DNA from: Octopus vulgaris
Taxonomy: Eukaryota
DNA length: 64,000 nt
Assembly: GCA_951406725.2 (NCBI GenBank)
Contig: OX597831.1
Location: 45,942,001 to 46,006,000, forward strand
Direction of reading: 5' to 3'
Made by a program: the position numbers and the translations under genes. Of this stretch, positions 37,271 through 51,596 are shown one piece after another. The notes under the pieces are model-generated. The model was not told the origin of the DNA. It did no database searches and was given only the letters and a program-made list of their open reading frames with translations. The first letter of the stretch is position 1. Every line of letters begins with the position of its first letter.

Positions 37271-38289
37271 TATATGTGTGTTTGTGTGTGTATTTGTGCA
37301 TGTGTGTAAATCAGTGTGTGTACACATAAATGTATATATGTGCATGTCTGTGTCTCTGTCTTCTTGTCTATACACCCACGTGTATTCATAAATGTGCCTG
37401 TGTTCGTGTATGTTAATGTGTTTCTGTGTGTATATGTATTTATCTCTTCAGATGTGTCTGTGTAAGTGTGCATGGGTTTTATCTTCTTGTTTCAGTCGTT
37501 AGACTGCAGCCATGCTGGAGCAGTGCCTCGGAGAATTTTAGTCAAACAAATCAACCCCAGTACTTACCGTTTTATTTAAGTTTGGTACTTATTTTATTAG
37601 TCTGCTTCTGTTGAACCGCTAAGTTATGAGAATGTAAACACACCAAAACTAATTGTCAAGCAGTCGTGGGGGACAAACAGACACAAAGATGCACATACAC
37701 ACTTACATACACAATGTGTTTATTTATTTTAGTTTCAGCTCACAAGCTGTGGCCATGCTGGGGCACCGCCATATTTCTTTATTGCCTACAAGGGGCTAAA
37801 CATAGAGGGGACAAACAAGAACAGACAAAGGGATTAAGTCGATTACATTGACCCCAGTGTGTAACTGGTACTTAATTTATCGACACCGAAAGGATGAAAG
37901 GCAAAGTCGAACTCGGCGGAATTTGAACTCAGAACGTAACGGCAGACGAAATACTGCTAAGCATTTCGCCCGACATGCTAACGATTCTGCCAGCTTCTTT
38001 CAATTTCTGTCCACCAAATCCACTTACAAGGCTTTGGTCAGCTCAAGGCTATGGCTATAGTAGAAGATACTTGTCCAAAGTGCTGTGCACTGGGACTGAA
38101 TCCAGAACCATGTAGTTGAGAAGCAAGTTTGCTACCACACAACCATACCTTTGCGTATCCCTGTGTGTGTGCACGAGTGCAAGCACTTGTGTCTGTGTTT
38201 GTTAATGTTAATTCTAAAGCTCACATTCTCACATTTTGCATGTATGTGCATGCGCACACACATATACACTCCCAAGCATTTTTTCTTTT

Positions 38290-38652
38290 CTTTTCTTTCT
38301 TTCTTTTACTTATTTCAGTCATTTGACTGTAGCCATGCTGGAGCACCGCCTTTAGTCAAGCAAATCGACCCCAAGACTTATTCTTTGTAAACCTAGTACT
38401 TATTCTATCGGTCTCTTTTGCCGAACCGCTAAGTTACGGGGATGTAAACACACCAGCATCGGTTGTCAAGCGATGTTGGGGGGACACACACAGACACACA
38501 TATATACATATATCCGACGGGCTTCTTTCAGTTTCCGTCTACCAAATCCACTGACAAGGCTTTGGTTGCCCGAGGCTATAGTAGAAGACACTTGCCCAAG
38601 GTGCCATGCAGTGGGACTGAATCCGAAACCATGTGGTTGGTAAGCAAGCTAC
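38290..38652 (-). mobile_element. CORE-type SINE
   Basis: Matches the 4586-4992 family. Confidence 0.85.
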
Positions 38653-39423
38653 TTTATTTCATGAAAATTCGCCATTAAAGCATTACATAGAGGGGACATA
38701 CAAGGACAGACAAACATATAGGGTGAAGTAGCTTAAACCGTTTAAAAAATTTACAATATGATTGGTAAAAATTTCAGTGAAAGTTAACAAATTTAATGTT
38801 ACATAGTAGGGCATGGAACCCAGCCATCTGGGTAGAACCTTTACTTCTTGATCTGGCCACACTTACCTGGTGCCAAATATACCCAGCTTGCAAGCCACAG
38901 GCTTCCATCTTTTCACAAACATATCTCGTGACAGACACCTCTTCCCCAACCTGATCTTACTTTAGTGGTAACTAAAAAAAGTTAACCAACCCCTGGCCGG
39001 AGACAAAGGTACCTGTCACTATACCTTTCTTTGCTTACCACACAGCCACTCCTATGCCTAAATATTTCTGTAAACATTGTTTATGAGATTTCGTCTGATT
39101 AAGATATATTTTGTTTGACCCTTTAGCATTCAGATTATTCTGTCACATGTAATGCTCATTTATTCATGTTGCTTTCTATTAAACATGCATTATCGAGTAG
39201 TTTTGAGTTTCAATATGATTATTTATTTCTAGAATGACATTATAGGGTAGGTGTGAGAGGTTGGAGCCAATCGGCTTGAACCTAAGACAGATAGAATATT
39301 TGGGCCTGATATGGCTGGTTCCAATGCTAAAGGAGAATACTCCTATGTAAGGAGAATACTCATATCACTACTACCATTACTACTACTACTATGTAGAGGG
39401 CATAAGTAGTTGACCACTGGGAT

Positions 39424-39826
39424 ACTCTTTTACTTGTTTCAGTCATTTGACTGCGGCCATGCTAGAGCACTGCCTTTTAGTTGAGCAAATCGACCCCAGG
39501 ACTTATTCTTTGTAAGCCCAGTACTTTTTCTGTCGGTGCTCTTTTACCGAACCACTAAGTTACGGGGACGTAAACACCAGCATAGGTTGTCAAGCAATGT
39601 TGGGGGGACAAACAGACACACAAACATATACACACACATACACACATATATATATATACATATATACAACGGGCTTCTTTCAGTTTCCATCTATCAAATC
39701 TCACAAGGCTTTGGTCGGCCCGAGGCTATAGAAGAAGACACTTGCCCAAGGTGCCATGCTGTGGGACTGAACCTGGAACCATGTGGTTGGTAAGCAAGCT
39801 AATTACCACACAGCCACTCCTATGCC
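39424..39826 (-). mobile_element. CORE-type SINE
   Basis: Matches the 4586-4992 family. Confidence 0.85.
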
Positions 39827-41448
39827 TATATTTTCATAATTTCAGAAAATATTTTATTCTGTATCTCAGGATATTTAAATAACATGAATGGTAACTAAAG
39901 CAGTTTTGGGGAGTCCATTAAATCGATTCCAGTGCTTAACTGGTACTTACTTTATTGACCCCCAAAAGGATGAAAGACAAAGTCAATCTCAGCAGAATCT
40001 GAACTCAGAACGTAAAGATATTAAAGTTTAATTATGAAATATTATAAAGATGCAAATAAGTTACATTTCCTTTTAATTAAGCAGTGTGCAATGTGACCAT
40101 GCAAAATATGTGGCATCACCAGTAAGTTCCAGTAACAATCCACAGCGTTTAACATGTCAATAGTATGAAAGACATACAGGCATACAAGCACATTAGATGC
40201 ATTCCAATTTCAGCAGCACATATTCAGGAAAAAGAGATCTGTGTTAAAGCTTATGGGAGGCCCAAATTTGAGTATAGGACCTGGAGTGGCTTTTTCTTTT
40301 ACTTTTTTTTGAGCCATTTTTGTAAAAAGATAAGTGCATCTTATATACCATCAAATGCAGTATTACTATTATTGAATAAGGTGGCAGAATTGTTAGCATG
40401 CTGGACAAAATGCTTAGTAGTATTTTGCCTGTAACTATGTTCTGAGTTCAAATTCTGCCGAGGCTGATTTTGCCTTTCATCCTTACAGGGTCAGTAGATG
40501 TACCAGAGAAACACTGGGGTTGATGTAATTGACTAGTCCTCTCCCCATATATTTGAGGCCCTGTGCCTCTAGTAGAAAGGATTATTATTATTATTGAATG
40601 TCAGTAGAATGATAGAAATGGTTAAGTATCGAACTAAATACTTTGTGCTTTTTGGATATATCTGTTCACATTTTGAGTTCGAGATCCTGCTGGGGTCAAG
40701 TTTGCCATTTTTCAGCCTTTTTGGATTGATGAATTAAGTATCAGTTGGATATTGGAGTCAATACAATTGAGCACACTCTTCCTCCCTTCAGAATTTGTGG
40801 TTTTATACCTATATTACAAATCATATTTCACAGACCTAAGACTGTGAACTGGTCGGTTTGTTAGCATATCAGACAAAATGTTTAGTGGCATTTCTTCTGA
40901 CTCTTCATATTCTGAGTTCAAATCCCACTGAGGTCACCTTTTTCCACACAAAGGAGTTTTTTTAACCTAATATTTCATCATCAACATTTAATGCACGTTT
41001 TCCATGCTGGTATGGGTTGGATGGCCTGATGGGAACTGGCAAGGCCAGAGGTCACACCAAGTTCCATAGTCTGTTTTGGTTTGGTTTTTATGGCTGGATG
41101 CCCTTCCTAATGCCAATCACTTTACAGTGTAGTGGGTGCTTTTTATGTGGCATCAGCACCAGTGCTTTTTACATGGTACTAGCACCCCAACTAATGCTTT
41201 TTATGTGGCACCTGGGTTTTAGGATCTCAATATTTACACACCATTATTTGTAGCTTTATCTACTTCAAGTTCCACTTTTAAAATCATCTTATTTCACACA
41301 TTTTCTTGAAGTTTCTAAATTCATATGACATCGTAATTTCTAACATCATTATTGTTTCTGTATCTTATAGCCCTAATGAATGTTACAGCTTCTCATTAAG
41401 TTAGGCCTCATGTTAAAAATAATTAAGATCTTATTTGTTGTATCCTAG

Positions 41449-41535
41449 ATCTTTTCCCATCTGGCTCAGTTATACCACTGCAAATATTGGCACAGAAAAT
41501 TCACACAATTGCTGCAATTGGATGCTGGGATAACT
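41449..41535 (+). CDS. CCDC142: CCDC142-like exon 2 (DLFPSGSVIPLQILAQKIHTIAAIGCWDN)
   Basis: CCTAG| ... |GTAAGT, 87 nt, phase 1/1, open. Confidence 0.85.
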
Positions 41536-42503
41536 GTAAGTAAATAAACTGGATTTTTATTGTTGTTTTTGTTTTTCCCTAATTTAAAATGATCTCTGCT
41601 GAACGTAGACTTCAACTTACCATAAAAGCTTTATTAAGTATTTAAAGATCTTGGTTTTTATTGATTTCAATTATTATCTTATAAGATGTTCTGTCATAGT
41701 GACACCATGGAAAATGTATTCATATGGTATGTCTAAGACATACTTAGATAGCACATCTGTGGGGAATATCATTGCAACAGTTGAATTTAAACTCTTCTAT
41801 GAATCCTTCATTATACTCTACTTGGACTGCTTAACAATGAAATACTGTACATGTTCATGGTACTTGTTTGTAGTTGGTTCAACTAACCCATTCAATGTAA
41901 ATGTCCTTGATGAGCATAAAGTGTAACTTCAGTGTTGATACATAGGCTGTGGGCCCATCTTGTGGTTGGTTGGTTGGTTCTCTATCAACTCTTTCAGTTG
42001 TGACTTCAATACTAATAATATGAGAGCCTTTATGTGGCGACTCAACCATCTGGGAATAGCAATTAATTCTCCCTCAAGCCACACCTTACTGCCTTAAAAA
42101 AAGGGTAAGTTTATACTGAATATTTTAGTTGTAGATATTCCTTAAACAGATGAAATGGTCATAGCTGGAATGCCTCTGATCATAGGTCTTCTCAATCAAG
42201 GTTAATCTGGAGCTAAATAGTAACAAGCATTCTTTTTAAGAAAATACTCAAGTATTTGAGTATAAATACCTATTTTTATGGCAGAAGTAAATGTCTAAAT
42301 TTGTAGAACTATCTCACCCATATTAGCATAAAGAAATTGATGAGAAAATTGTTTTTTTTATAATTGCTGAAATTATATATGTTATGGGGGTCATAGATAG
42401 TCATATCTTACTTGTCTAACTAACTATACTGTGTACTGTAATATATGTTATAACAGTCCGATGTTGGATTACAACAACATATTATCTTTTTGTCCTTTTA
42501 AAG

Positions 42504-42662
42504 GTGTTTGTAAAGTTGAAGGTTTAAGGACAGTGGATAAATGTTATCCCTGTCCATTAGGTAATGGAGACTACAGCACAAAAACTGGATTACTCTTGAA
42601 AGACACATATCAGCCATTATTATCTTCACTGGAAAATTATATTCAAAGTTTAAACTCAACAG
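42504..42662 (+). CDS. CCDC142: CCDC142-like exon 3 (CVCKVEGLRTVDKCYP...KTGLLLKDTYQPLLSSL...)
   Basis: TTTTAAAG| ... |GTAAGT, 159 nt, phase 1/1; resembles recalled CCDC142 WD..FC..LG...TA.LL...F.PLL..L. Confidence 0.85.
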
Positions 42663-43313
42663 GTAAGTGTTTGGAATTAATAATTAGAATTACACTTCAG
42701 GTTGTTTCAGAGAGCATAAAGGGATGGTCTAATAGACTACAGGGCAAATGGACAAATGGCTGGTGTTTTGTGTCCTGTCACTGTTTTAATATCTGTAATC
42801 ATGATATTCACTTCTCAACAATTGTGTCCATCCATCTAGCTCTTTGAAGGTATTGCTATTAGAAGCAGTGGCAATATTGGAATTGACAAGTATTAGTTGG
42901 TTTTTTTCATTGTTGGTCAACAGTTTGGCAGAGATGGTAACTTAACTATCTCTACCGTGCGTGGGTTGTTTCTAGAAGTAAGTACCTAGCCTTAAATACA
43001 CTTACCACTTCTCCACTCATGAATATGCCATGAAGAAACAACAAGTCAATACATTTGCAGCATCCATGGAGCCACAGAGAATACCAGATATCATTTGAGC
43101 ATAACTGTATATATCTGGATTTTCTGTAGGATTTTACTCCTCTAACATTTTTTAGATACTCTGTAAGTTATCCCACAAGGCAACAAGGGTTTATTATTAT
43201 AGTGGGCATAGTTTGTGCAGAGCCAGTCCCACAGTGTCATCCTACTCTCTCTATTGGATGCAGTTTAAAGTCATACTTAAGGAAATTCACAAGTATATAT
43301 ACCTGTATGTGTG

Positions 43314-43397
<84 letters not shown>

Positions 43398-44376
43398 ATA
43401 AAAAACAAGAGCGAAAATGCTACTTTCTTAAAATTGAGTGCATTTTAATTTTCCTTTTATCTGAATGCATTTACATGTTTTGGTTTTTGAAAAACCTTAT
43501 TAAAAATATGTTCTAAAATGGAATATGTAGAGAGAAAAAAGCTATTAATAAAATTAACATTTATAGTTTACTTTCCTTTTTCCTGCAAGAGTACATGGTA
43601 ATATCTGTTAGTTCAGCTTGTCGTGCTACCACAACTAATGGATATTACCACATGTGCTCTTACAGGAAAAAGGAGAATAAACTATGAATGTTAATTTTAA
43701 TTTAATAGACCATATTGAAGTACTGCTTATCACTGCAAATAATCGAAGTATTGCATATTTGCTGGATGTTTTTTTCATTAGTTGTCACTGGTAAATCCAA
43801 ATATTCTTGTATGTAAACTGTGGTATCCATTCAGGATTAGAAATATCTCTTCATCACATAACATTTTTTGCTACCTGTGGAAAATAAATACATATAAATT
43901 TGCAATGATGAAAAACATAAAATAGTTGGTAAGAAGAAGGGGAGCTCTAGATGAAATATCAAGCTTTCTCTTTCTCAATACTCTTCTTTACAAAACTGAT
44001 GCAATGTAATTTCATAATAGGTCCACACATTTTGATTGATTAAATATTTGGACCATTGAAGTACAAGTTCATGATTTCAAATCCTGTTAGAGGCATTGTA
44101 TGATAACTATTGACAAGACACATTGCTATAGCTAATCAGAAAGTAATAAATAATGTGCAAATATCCTCAATAAATCTTTGGTATGGAGAGGAGGAAGTAT
44201 TTAGTTCTTAAAGAAATCTTATATAATAACATTCTTGTTAAATAAATATTGTGACAGTTTTTGATGGGGTATTATTTAGTTAAGAATATGTTGAAGAATT
44301 GTTTGTTTTCTTGATGTTATTTAATTCTTTTCTGGGATATAGTAATTAAAAAGAAACTTTTTTTCTTTTGTTGAAG

Positions 44377-44552
44377 GGCCTGAGTCAACTTTACAGAAGT
44401 CTGGAACGGACCCAACTCAAATATTGTCCCTTTTCACACGCCTTCAGACCACAGCATGCATTGCATTATCATGGTGCTATTCCAAGACCCATGAGTTCCT
44501 TGCTAGTTGGTCGATTGGTTCGTTCATTCTTGTCACACAGACAGACTTAAAG
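44377..44552 (+). CDS. CCDC142: CCDC142-like exon 4 (...SWCYSKTHEFLASWSIGSFILVTQTDLK)
   Basis: TTGAAG| ... |GTAAGC, 176 nt, phase 1/0; LASW.LG.F.L..Q.DL motif of CCDC142. Confidence 0.88.
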
Positions 44553-44737
44553 GTAAGCTTTAATATCATAATTAAAAAAAAAAATTGTAGTGAATTTCCA
44601 GCTCATTTCATTGCATCCCTGAGCTGGATGCTTTTCCTGTTCATTTAGCTTAGCTGTCAAAACTTTTGGGGAAGTTACCTATGATTGTCTTATGTACTAT
44701 TCAGGGAGAAATTTACCTCTCATCTGCTTAAATACTA

Positions 44738-45132
44738 CAGGAGTGGCTGTGTGGTAAGTAGCTTGTCTACCACCCACATGATTCCGGGTTCAGTCCCACT
44801 GCGTGGCATCTTGGGCAAGTGTCTTCTACTATAGTCTCGGGCCGACCAAAGCCTTGTGAGTGGATTTGGTAGACGGAAACTGAAAGAAACCCGTCATATA
44901 TATGTATATATATATCCATGTGTGTGTTTGTGTATCTGTGTTTGCCCCCCCTAGCATTGCTTGACAACCGATGCTGGTGTGTTTATGTCCCTGTTACTTA
45001 GTGGTTCGGCAAAAGAGACCGATAGAATAAGTACTGGGCTTTCAAAAAGAATAAGTCCCAGGGTCGAGTTGCTCGATTAAAGGTGGTGCTCCAGCATGGC
45101 CGCAGTCAAATGACTGAAACAAGTAAAAGAGT
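44738..45132 (+). mobile_element. CORE-type SINE
   Basis: Matches the 3872-4265 family. Confidence 0.85.
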
Positions 45133-46334
45133 ATATACTTGAATTATATTTTAGTCCTATGTAATCTTGAGGTTTGTGGAGATGCTCAACATTTCTATTG
45201 TATTATCCCCTTGTTGAAGGGGGTTGTATTGTTAATGATCTGTTGTTTTTTTTATGGCCTGTAGATAGGTTTAAACTTGACCATAGTAATGATTTCTCCT
45301 CTTGAATCAAGATATTTTACTCCAAAGGCTGGTAGTAACAACATCCTATAAATCATAAAATGCAATGATGGACAGGTGGAGGAGGATATTGGCAGGGTTG
45401 GCTTGAGGAGGGAGGACGCCCAAAACTGGGCAAGATGGTGTGAGAGCAGTTGCTGTGGGAGTGAGGTAGGTCCGGCCACCCCCGTTAACAGGGACAAATC
45501 CAGATTCAAAATATTGGACAAGAAGAATACCACTTAGATCTCTGCTTTCATCATGCATGAAATCGTAGTGGTCTGTTGGGCATTTGCTGTAAATGTTTAC
45601 AAATGACATCTTGTGTATTGAACTCCTGGCAATATGATATTTTCTTCAAAACCAATGTTAACCCTCATCATAGGAATGTCTATTACATAATAGAGTACCA
45701 AAATTAATATTCTTTTATGTACATCATAAGGTGTTTAAGACAAATTTAATCTGCTGAAATTGCTCTTATTTACACACCAACTTCATCATCATTTAACATA
45801 CACTTGCATGGGTCAGACAGAATTTGTTTAGGTAGATTTCCTGTGGCCAGATGCCCTTCCTGTTGCCAATCCTCCCTTGTTTCCAAGTTGGGTAATATTT
45901 TCTCATATCTAGATATGTTTTTCACAGAAGACTGGTGACTAAGAACGTTGCTTGTATGATGATGATGATGATGGTTATTGATTGTGACAACAGTTTAAAT
46001 AACTTCTTTGTGGCTAAGCAAAAGAGGTAGCCTCTACATGGTATCTTCACCTGCTAGAAATAGCAACTATATCTTCCTCAAATCTCAAATATGGGAAGGA
46101 CACATCGAATTGTTTCAGATTCTTTATAAAAGAATGATATTGCTCATAATTGAAATACTTTTGTTCCTTGTCTGTTTGGGGTAATTGAAGTGGCACAACT
46201 TTAAAATTGAGCCTATTTTGTCTCACATTGTAGTAAACTAACTGTGTTTTATGAGATGCACAGTTAATCTACTTCAATGCTTGTATGGTATTTTCATCAC
46301 TAGTTTTTTGATTTTGTTTAATTTTATTTCATAG

Positions 46335-46484
46335 ATACTGTCTGATGAAACAAAGCGTGCTGTATGTATAGCCCAGACGTTATGCACGAACCTATCATTG
46401 TATAACTCATTGCACAATGCCTATATACACTCTGCTCTTACTGAGGTCTATCATGAATTAGAAGATATCAATTCCCAACTCCAG
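46335..46484 (+). CDS. CCDC142: CCDC142-like exon 5 (ILSDETKRAV...LEDINSQLQ)
   Basis: TTTCATAG| ... CAG|GTAAAT, 150 nt, phase 0/0, open. Confidence 0.85.
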
Positions 46485-47493
46485 GTAAATATATGATACT
46501 ATCGATACATTGTTAACACATATGATTGTTTATATATATTTTAGACACTAAAATTATTTTAAAGTATATATTTACTCCACCTTTTATTTTGACCTGATGA
46601 TAAATAAGATTTAAATATTCTGTCTGCTTCAATATTAAGATATTTTTTGAGTACTACTGAATTTGTGTGTACCTTCAGTTATTTGTGTGTATATAAAGGT
46701 TTGACCTCTTTGCACACTGCCTCATGAAGGTCACTGCTAGCTCTCACTGTGCATACAACCATGTGCTGCCATCTGTTGGTGTGCTACAGTATTAGTCCTG
46801 GAACTTTTTTTTGATGCCACTTCGTATATCTGTCTATCTGTCTGTACACACACACAGACATTCATCATCATCATCGTTGTTTAACGTCCGCTTTCCATGC
46901 TAGCATGGGTTGGACGATTTGACTGAGGACTGGCGAACCAGATGGCTGCACCAGGCTCCAATCTGATCTGGCAGAGTTTCTACAGCTGGATGCCCTTCCT
47001 AATGCTACCACTCCGAGAGTGTAGTGGGTGCTTTTACGTGCAACCAGCACGAAGGCCAGTCTGGCGGTACTGGCAATGGCCATGCTCAAATGATGTTTTT
47101 TACGTGCCACCTGCACAGGAGTCAGTCCAGTGACACTGGCAACGACCTCTCTCGAATGTTTTGTTCACGTGCCAGTAAGGCAACGCAGGTAATGATCACG
47201 CTCAAATGGTGCTTTTTACGTGTCACTGGCACAGAAGCCATCAATGAAGGATGTAAACATTGGGAGAAAAATTAATAAACGAGTGCTATAGAGCAAAAAT
47301 ACTCTGTAGTATTTGTTCTGTCTTATTGTACAGACACTCTTCTGATTCTCATCTTTGTCATTGCAGTGAACCAGTTCTAGGTTTGTTGAAAACCCTGTTA
47401 ACCAACATTGGTTTAAATATGTGATATAAAAAAATAAGCATGTCATTTATGAGGTCTTTTAATAAAATCTATTTTTGAAAAATTTCTTTTCAG

Positions 47494-47605
47494 TCCTTAT
47501 CTGGTTCGGTAATGAAACTGTTTTCTGAAAATTGTGGGAAAATATCGAAGCAGTTTTTCCAGAACAATATGCCTGGTGGCAAGATTTGGAGGAGTAAAAG
47601 TGTGG
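47494..47605 (+). CDS. CCDC142: CCDC142-like exon 6 (SLSGSVMKLFSENCGKISKQFFQNNMPGGKIWRSKSV)
   Basis: TTTTCAG| ... |GTAGGT, 112 nt, phase 0/1; LFS..C......F...MP.G..WR motif. Confidence 0.88.
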
Positions 47606-47950
47606 GTAGGTTTAATGGTAAATTGAAAATTTACACTGTTTTTTAATTGTTTTTTGTAAGTTACAGAAATGGTAATAAAGTATTTTAAATCTTCTCTATA
47701 TCTTTCTGAGTTCAAATCCTCCAAGGATTGTCTTAGCCTTGAAGTCCTGCATAATAATCATCATATTATTTTTCACTTTGCTATAATGTCTTTGACATGT
47801 CTCACAGGCTCTCACCACTCATCTTTGTCTTTAGTCATTAAGCACATACAAAAACAGAGATAGTTGGCTAACTTTGTTTTGTGTGTTTTTAGAGTCGTTT
47901 TTTTTCTTCTATTTCTAGCAATGCTGCTATTATCCTTGTACCTTTTATTA

Positions 47951-47981
<31 letters not shown>

Positions 47982-48454
47982 TGCCCCAGCATGGCCACAG
48001 CTCATTAGCTGAAACTGGAAAAATCAAAATCAAATCATAATCAGTTTTGTACTGGAGTTGATTTGATCTTCTAAACTTAGAAATTTGTTGTATCAATGCT
48101 AGAAATCATTATTTAACAGTAATTATTTGTGTCATTATTTAGTTTCATGTATTGAATTTATTTAGACTTCTGTAGCCTGTTTCGAATTTCACCATGTTTA
48201 TTTCTTCCTCATGTCATCTCATCCAGTCCTGTCTGAGACGACTCCATTCTTTATCCTTTGCCTTCACCACCACCACCATTATCATTGTTGCTACTGTTGT
48301 ACAGCTTTTTGTCTGTTGCTCCCCTGGCGTTTGTGTTGGACACTGTTGAAATCAAGTTGACATGGTTATATCTTCTTTCTCCATTCTTCCTAGTGTTGTG
48401 CCAGTATGTCCATCATTGATATAGAAGTGATTCAGATCACAGTTGACCAGTTGT

Positions 48455-49327
48455 TGATTATGTGCTACGTATGTCAGTTGATACCATCTCTGGCAAGGGC
48501 TTTGAAATAAAACCAAGAAGAAGTTCCAGACACCCAGCTGAGTACTTGACAGACACTGACTTTGCTGACGACATCGCTCTTATCAGTGATTCTCTCTCCA
48601 ATGCCCAGTCTCTTTTACAATCTCTTGAACAAGCCTCAAATTGTGTAGGTCTTTACCTCAATGAGGCCAAAACTGAATACATAAACAAGTGCCTGTCCAA
48701 CAGTGATTGCATTATCCATACTCTCAACAGTGCGCCTTTAAATATGGTCTCTGATTATAAATATCTTGGGTCATACATATCATCATCTGGAAAAGACTTT
48801 CTAACTAGAAAGGGTATGGCCTGGTCAGCCTGTAATGACATGCATAAGATCTGGTCATCAAATCTAAGTAGAGACTTCAAACTTGAAATATTCAAAGCCA
48901 CAGTCGGACCAATTCTACTATATGGCTCAGAAACCTGGACGTTATCAAAGAAGCTTGAGAGGCGGTTGGATGGAACCTACACTCGCCTCCTTATGAGAGC
49001 TCAAAATCTCTCGTGGAAGCGCCATCCAACCAAAATGCAAATATATGGGAAACTACCACCTGTGTCATCTCTTGTGAAAGGTAGGATAGTCCAGTTTGCT
49101 GGACATTGTTGTAGAGCTGAAAAAGAAGTAATTTCTACTCTTCTCCTCTGGAAGCCATCTGCTCGCAATACCAGAGGGCGCACACTCTCCTCCCCTGATG
49201 TAATCTCCAGGGATACAAACATCCAGCAACAGGACCTCCGTAATGCCATGATGGACTGTGAAGTCTGGCGTAGCATGGTAAATTCCATTGTCTCGACCAC
49301 GGTCGAACAATGATGATGATGATGATG
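48455..49327 (+). mobile_element. 5'-truncated RTE-like LINE (second family) with uninterrupted 283-aa RT C-terminal frame
   Basis: FADD catalytic motif, GL.LN..KT, YKYLGS, ILLYGSETW; stop codon runs directly into the (TGA)n tail. Confidence 0.9.
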
Positions 49328-50020
49328 TTAGTTTGAGATGTCTTCCAAAAGAGGAGCTTTTATTTACCTCAAAACTAAATGGATTCACTTGTGATCTGAC
49401 TTCAACTGTGTGCTGGAGGAGTAATGAAAAGTGGCAAGAATTGCCTTACATTTGCTCAAGATCATATGTTTATAGGATTAATTGAACTGACTTCAATACA
49501 TGGTTGCTACTTACGGAAAATCGATAAAAAGAGTGCAGTGAACATGCTGATAGGAATGGAAAGTTCAACATTTCAGACAGTTCTTTTGGGAAGAAAAGTA
49601 ACAAGAGAGAAATTAATAAGACCTAGCAAAGGTTTACATCCTCCAAGTTAAAAACAAGAAACCAAACGACAGGCTGCATCTGCTGCCCATTTAACATAGA
49701 GATTATAAAGCTCTGCTGTTTCATTAGTTTCTCTCCTGCCAACTTTTCCCTGAAAGACTGTCCAGAATGTTGGATTTTTTTGCTTTCCACAACAAGTTCA
49801 CTGTACTCTATTTTTATCAATTTTTACTAAATGATACAAATCTTGCTGACACAGGTCTTTTGTATGATCATATGTTACATAATGTAAATCCATTACATTA
49901 TTGAAGATGCAGAAATGAAAGACAAACTTCCTTTACAATTTGAAGTTGAGATTAACAAAAACCTTAGTAGTTTCAGACCAACTTTACTTTCATTCACATT
50001 ATATGCTTAAATCTTTTCAG

Positions 50021-50198
50021 ATTACACCATTGAACAACAGGATTATATTGAACACGCACTGGAAACAATACTGGAACCTGTTGTGGAAGGTGTCAGTAAG
50101 CTGAGAGTGACGTCCCAACTTAGCGTTATCTCAATGGCAACTGTAGCCATGTGTGAAGCTTGGACTGACTTCATTTTGAAGGAGAAAATTAAATTTAG
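50021..50198 (+). CDS. CCDC142: CCDC142-like exon 7 (DYTIEQQDYIEHALETILEPVVEG...EAWTDFILKEKIKF)
   Basis: TTTTCAG| ... AG|GTATTT, 178 nt, phase 1/2; LEPV..G and AW.D.IL...I.FS motifs. Confidence 0.9.
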
Positions 50199-50665
50199 GT
50201 ATTTAATTGTTATTGCTGTTGTTGTTGCTGTTGCTACTGCTGCTGTTGTTGTTCTTGTTGTTAAGGTGGTAAGCTGGCAGAAATGTTAGCACACCGAGTG
50301 AAATGCTTAGCAGTATTTCACCTGTCGTTGTGTTTTGGGTTCAAGTTTCGCTGAGGTTGACTCTGCCTTTCATCCTTTCGGGGTCGATAAATTAAGTACC
50401 AGTTGCATACTGGGATCAATTTAATCATCTGGCCCCCTCCCTCAAAATTTCAGGCCTTGTGCCTATAGTAGTATTTTATCTTATAAATATTGTTTCAGTG
50501 AATTTATTTTTGAGTATTAATGGTTTAATATGTGTGTGAGGAATCAATCTCTTGATTGTTTATGACATTTTCCAAGATGTTATAAATATGAGCAACAACA
50601 AAATTCTATTATTTTCTAATATTTATATAGACAAGAAAGACAGACTTTATACATATCATACATAT

Positions 50666-50706
<41 letters not shown>

Positions 50707-51190
50707 CACGTAATATATAATACATATGCCCTTCTTTGATAGGAACATCAGCCTCAAAACAAAATATGCTGATTGTTTGGGATTCTTAGAATTTTATACC
50801 ATATATTTGAATGAAATCTTAACAGTCTCATTGGTTCTTTTACAAAGCCAGAAACAAGGGCCTGGCAGACTTAATAAAACTGTTTTCCTGAGACCATATA
50901 TTCTGGTTGGGATCCTTCCAGTTGGCTGAGATTTGTATGACTAAACTAAAATTCATATGAATTTCCTGGAGCTCAACTAATTTTCTATTTCCTTGGATTC
51001 TTCCTCAAACTCCTGCTGTTGCCGCTCATCACAACCATCCTTGAATTTTAGTGATTAGATTTGAACTTGCAACACTGTTTCAACTGCTAACCGTTCAAGT
51101 GTAAAGTAGTAGAGGTGAAAGCTGTTGGCCAATAACTAGACTTATGCAAACAGTTGTATATGGTTTGTATACCCATTAGTTGGAATAAAT

Positions 51191-51375
51191 ACTCTTTTAC
51201 TTGTTTCAATCATTTGACTGTGGCTATGCTGGAGCAGCGCCTTTAGTCGAGCAAATCGACCCCAGGACTTATTCTTTGTAAACCTTGTACTTATTCTATT
51301 GGGCTCTTTTGCCGAACTGCTAAGTTATGGGGACGTAAACACACATCGGTTGTCAAGCGATGTTGGGGGGGACAA

Positions 51376-51443
<68 letters not shown>

Positions 51444-51596
51444 GATGGTCTTCTTTCAGTTTCTGTCTGCCAAATCCACTGACAAGGCTTTGGTTGGTCC
51501 GAGGCTATAGTAGAAGACACTTGCCCAAGGTCCATGCAGTGGGACTGAACCCGGAACCATGTGGTTCGTAAGCAAGCTAATTACCACACAGCCACT
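51191..51596 (-). mobile_element. CORE-type SINE
   Basis: Matches the 4586-4992 family. Confidence 0.85.
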
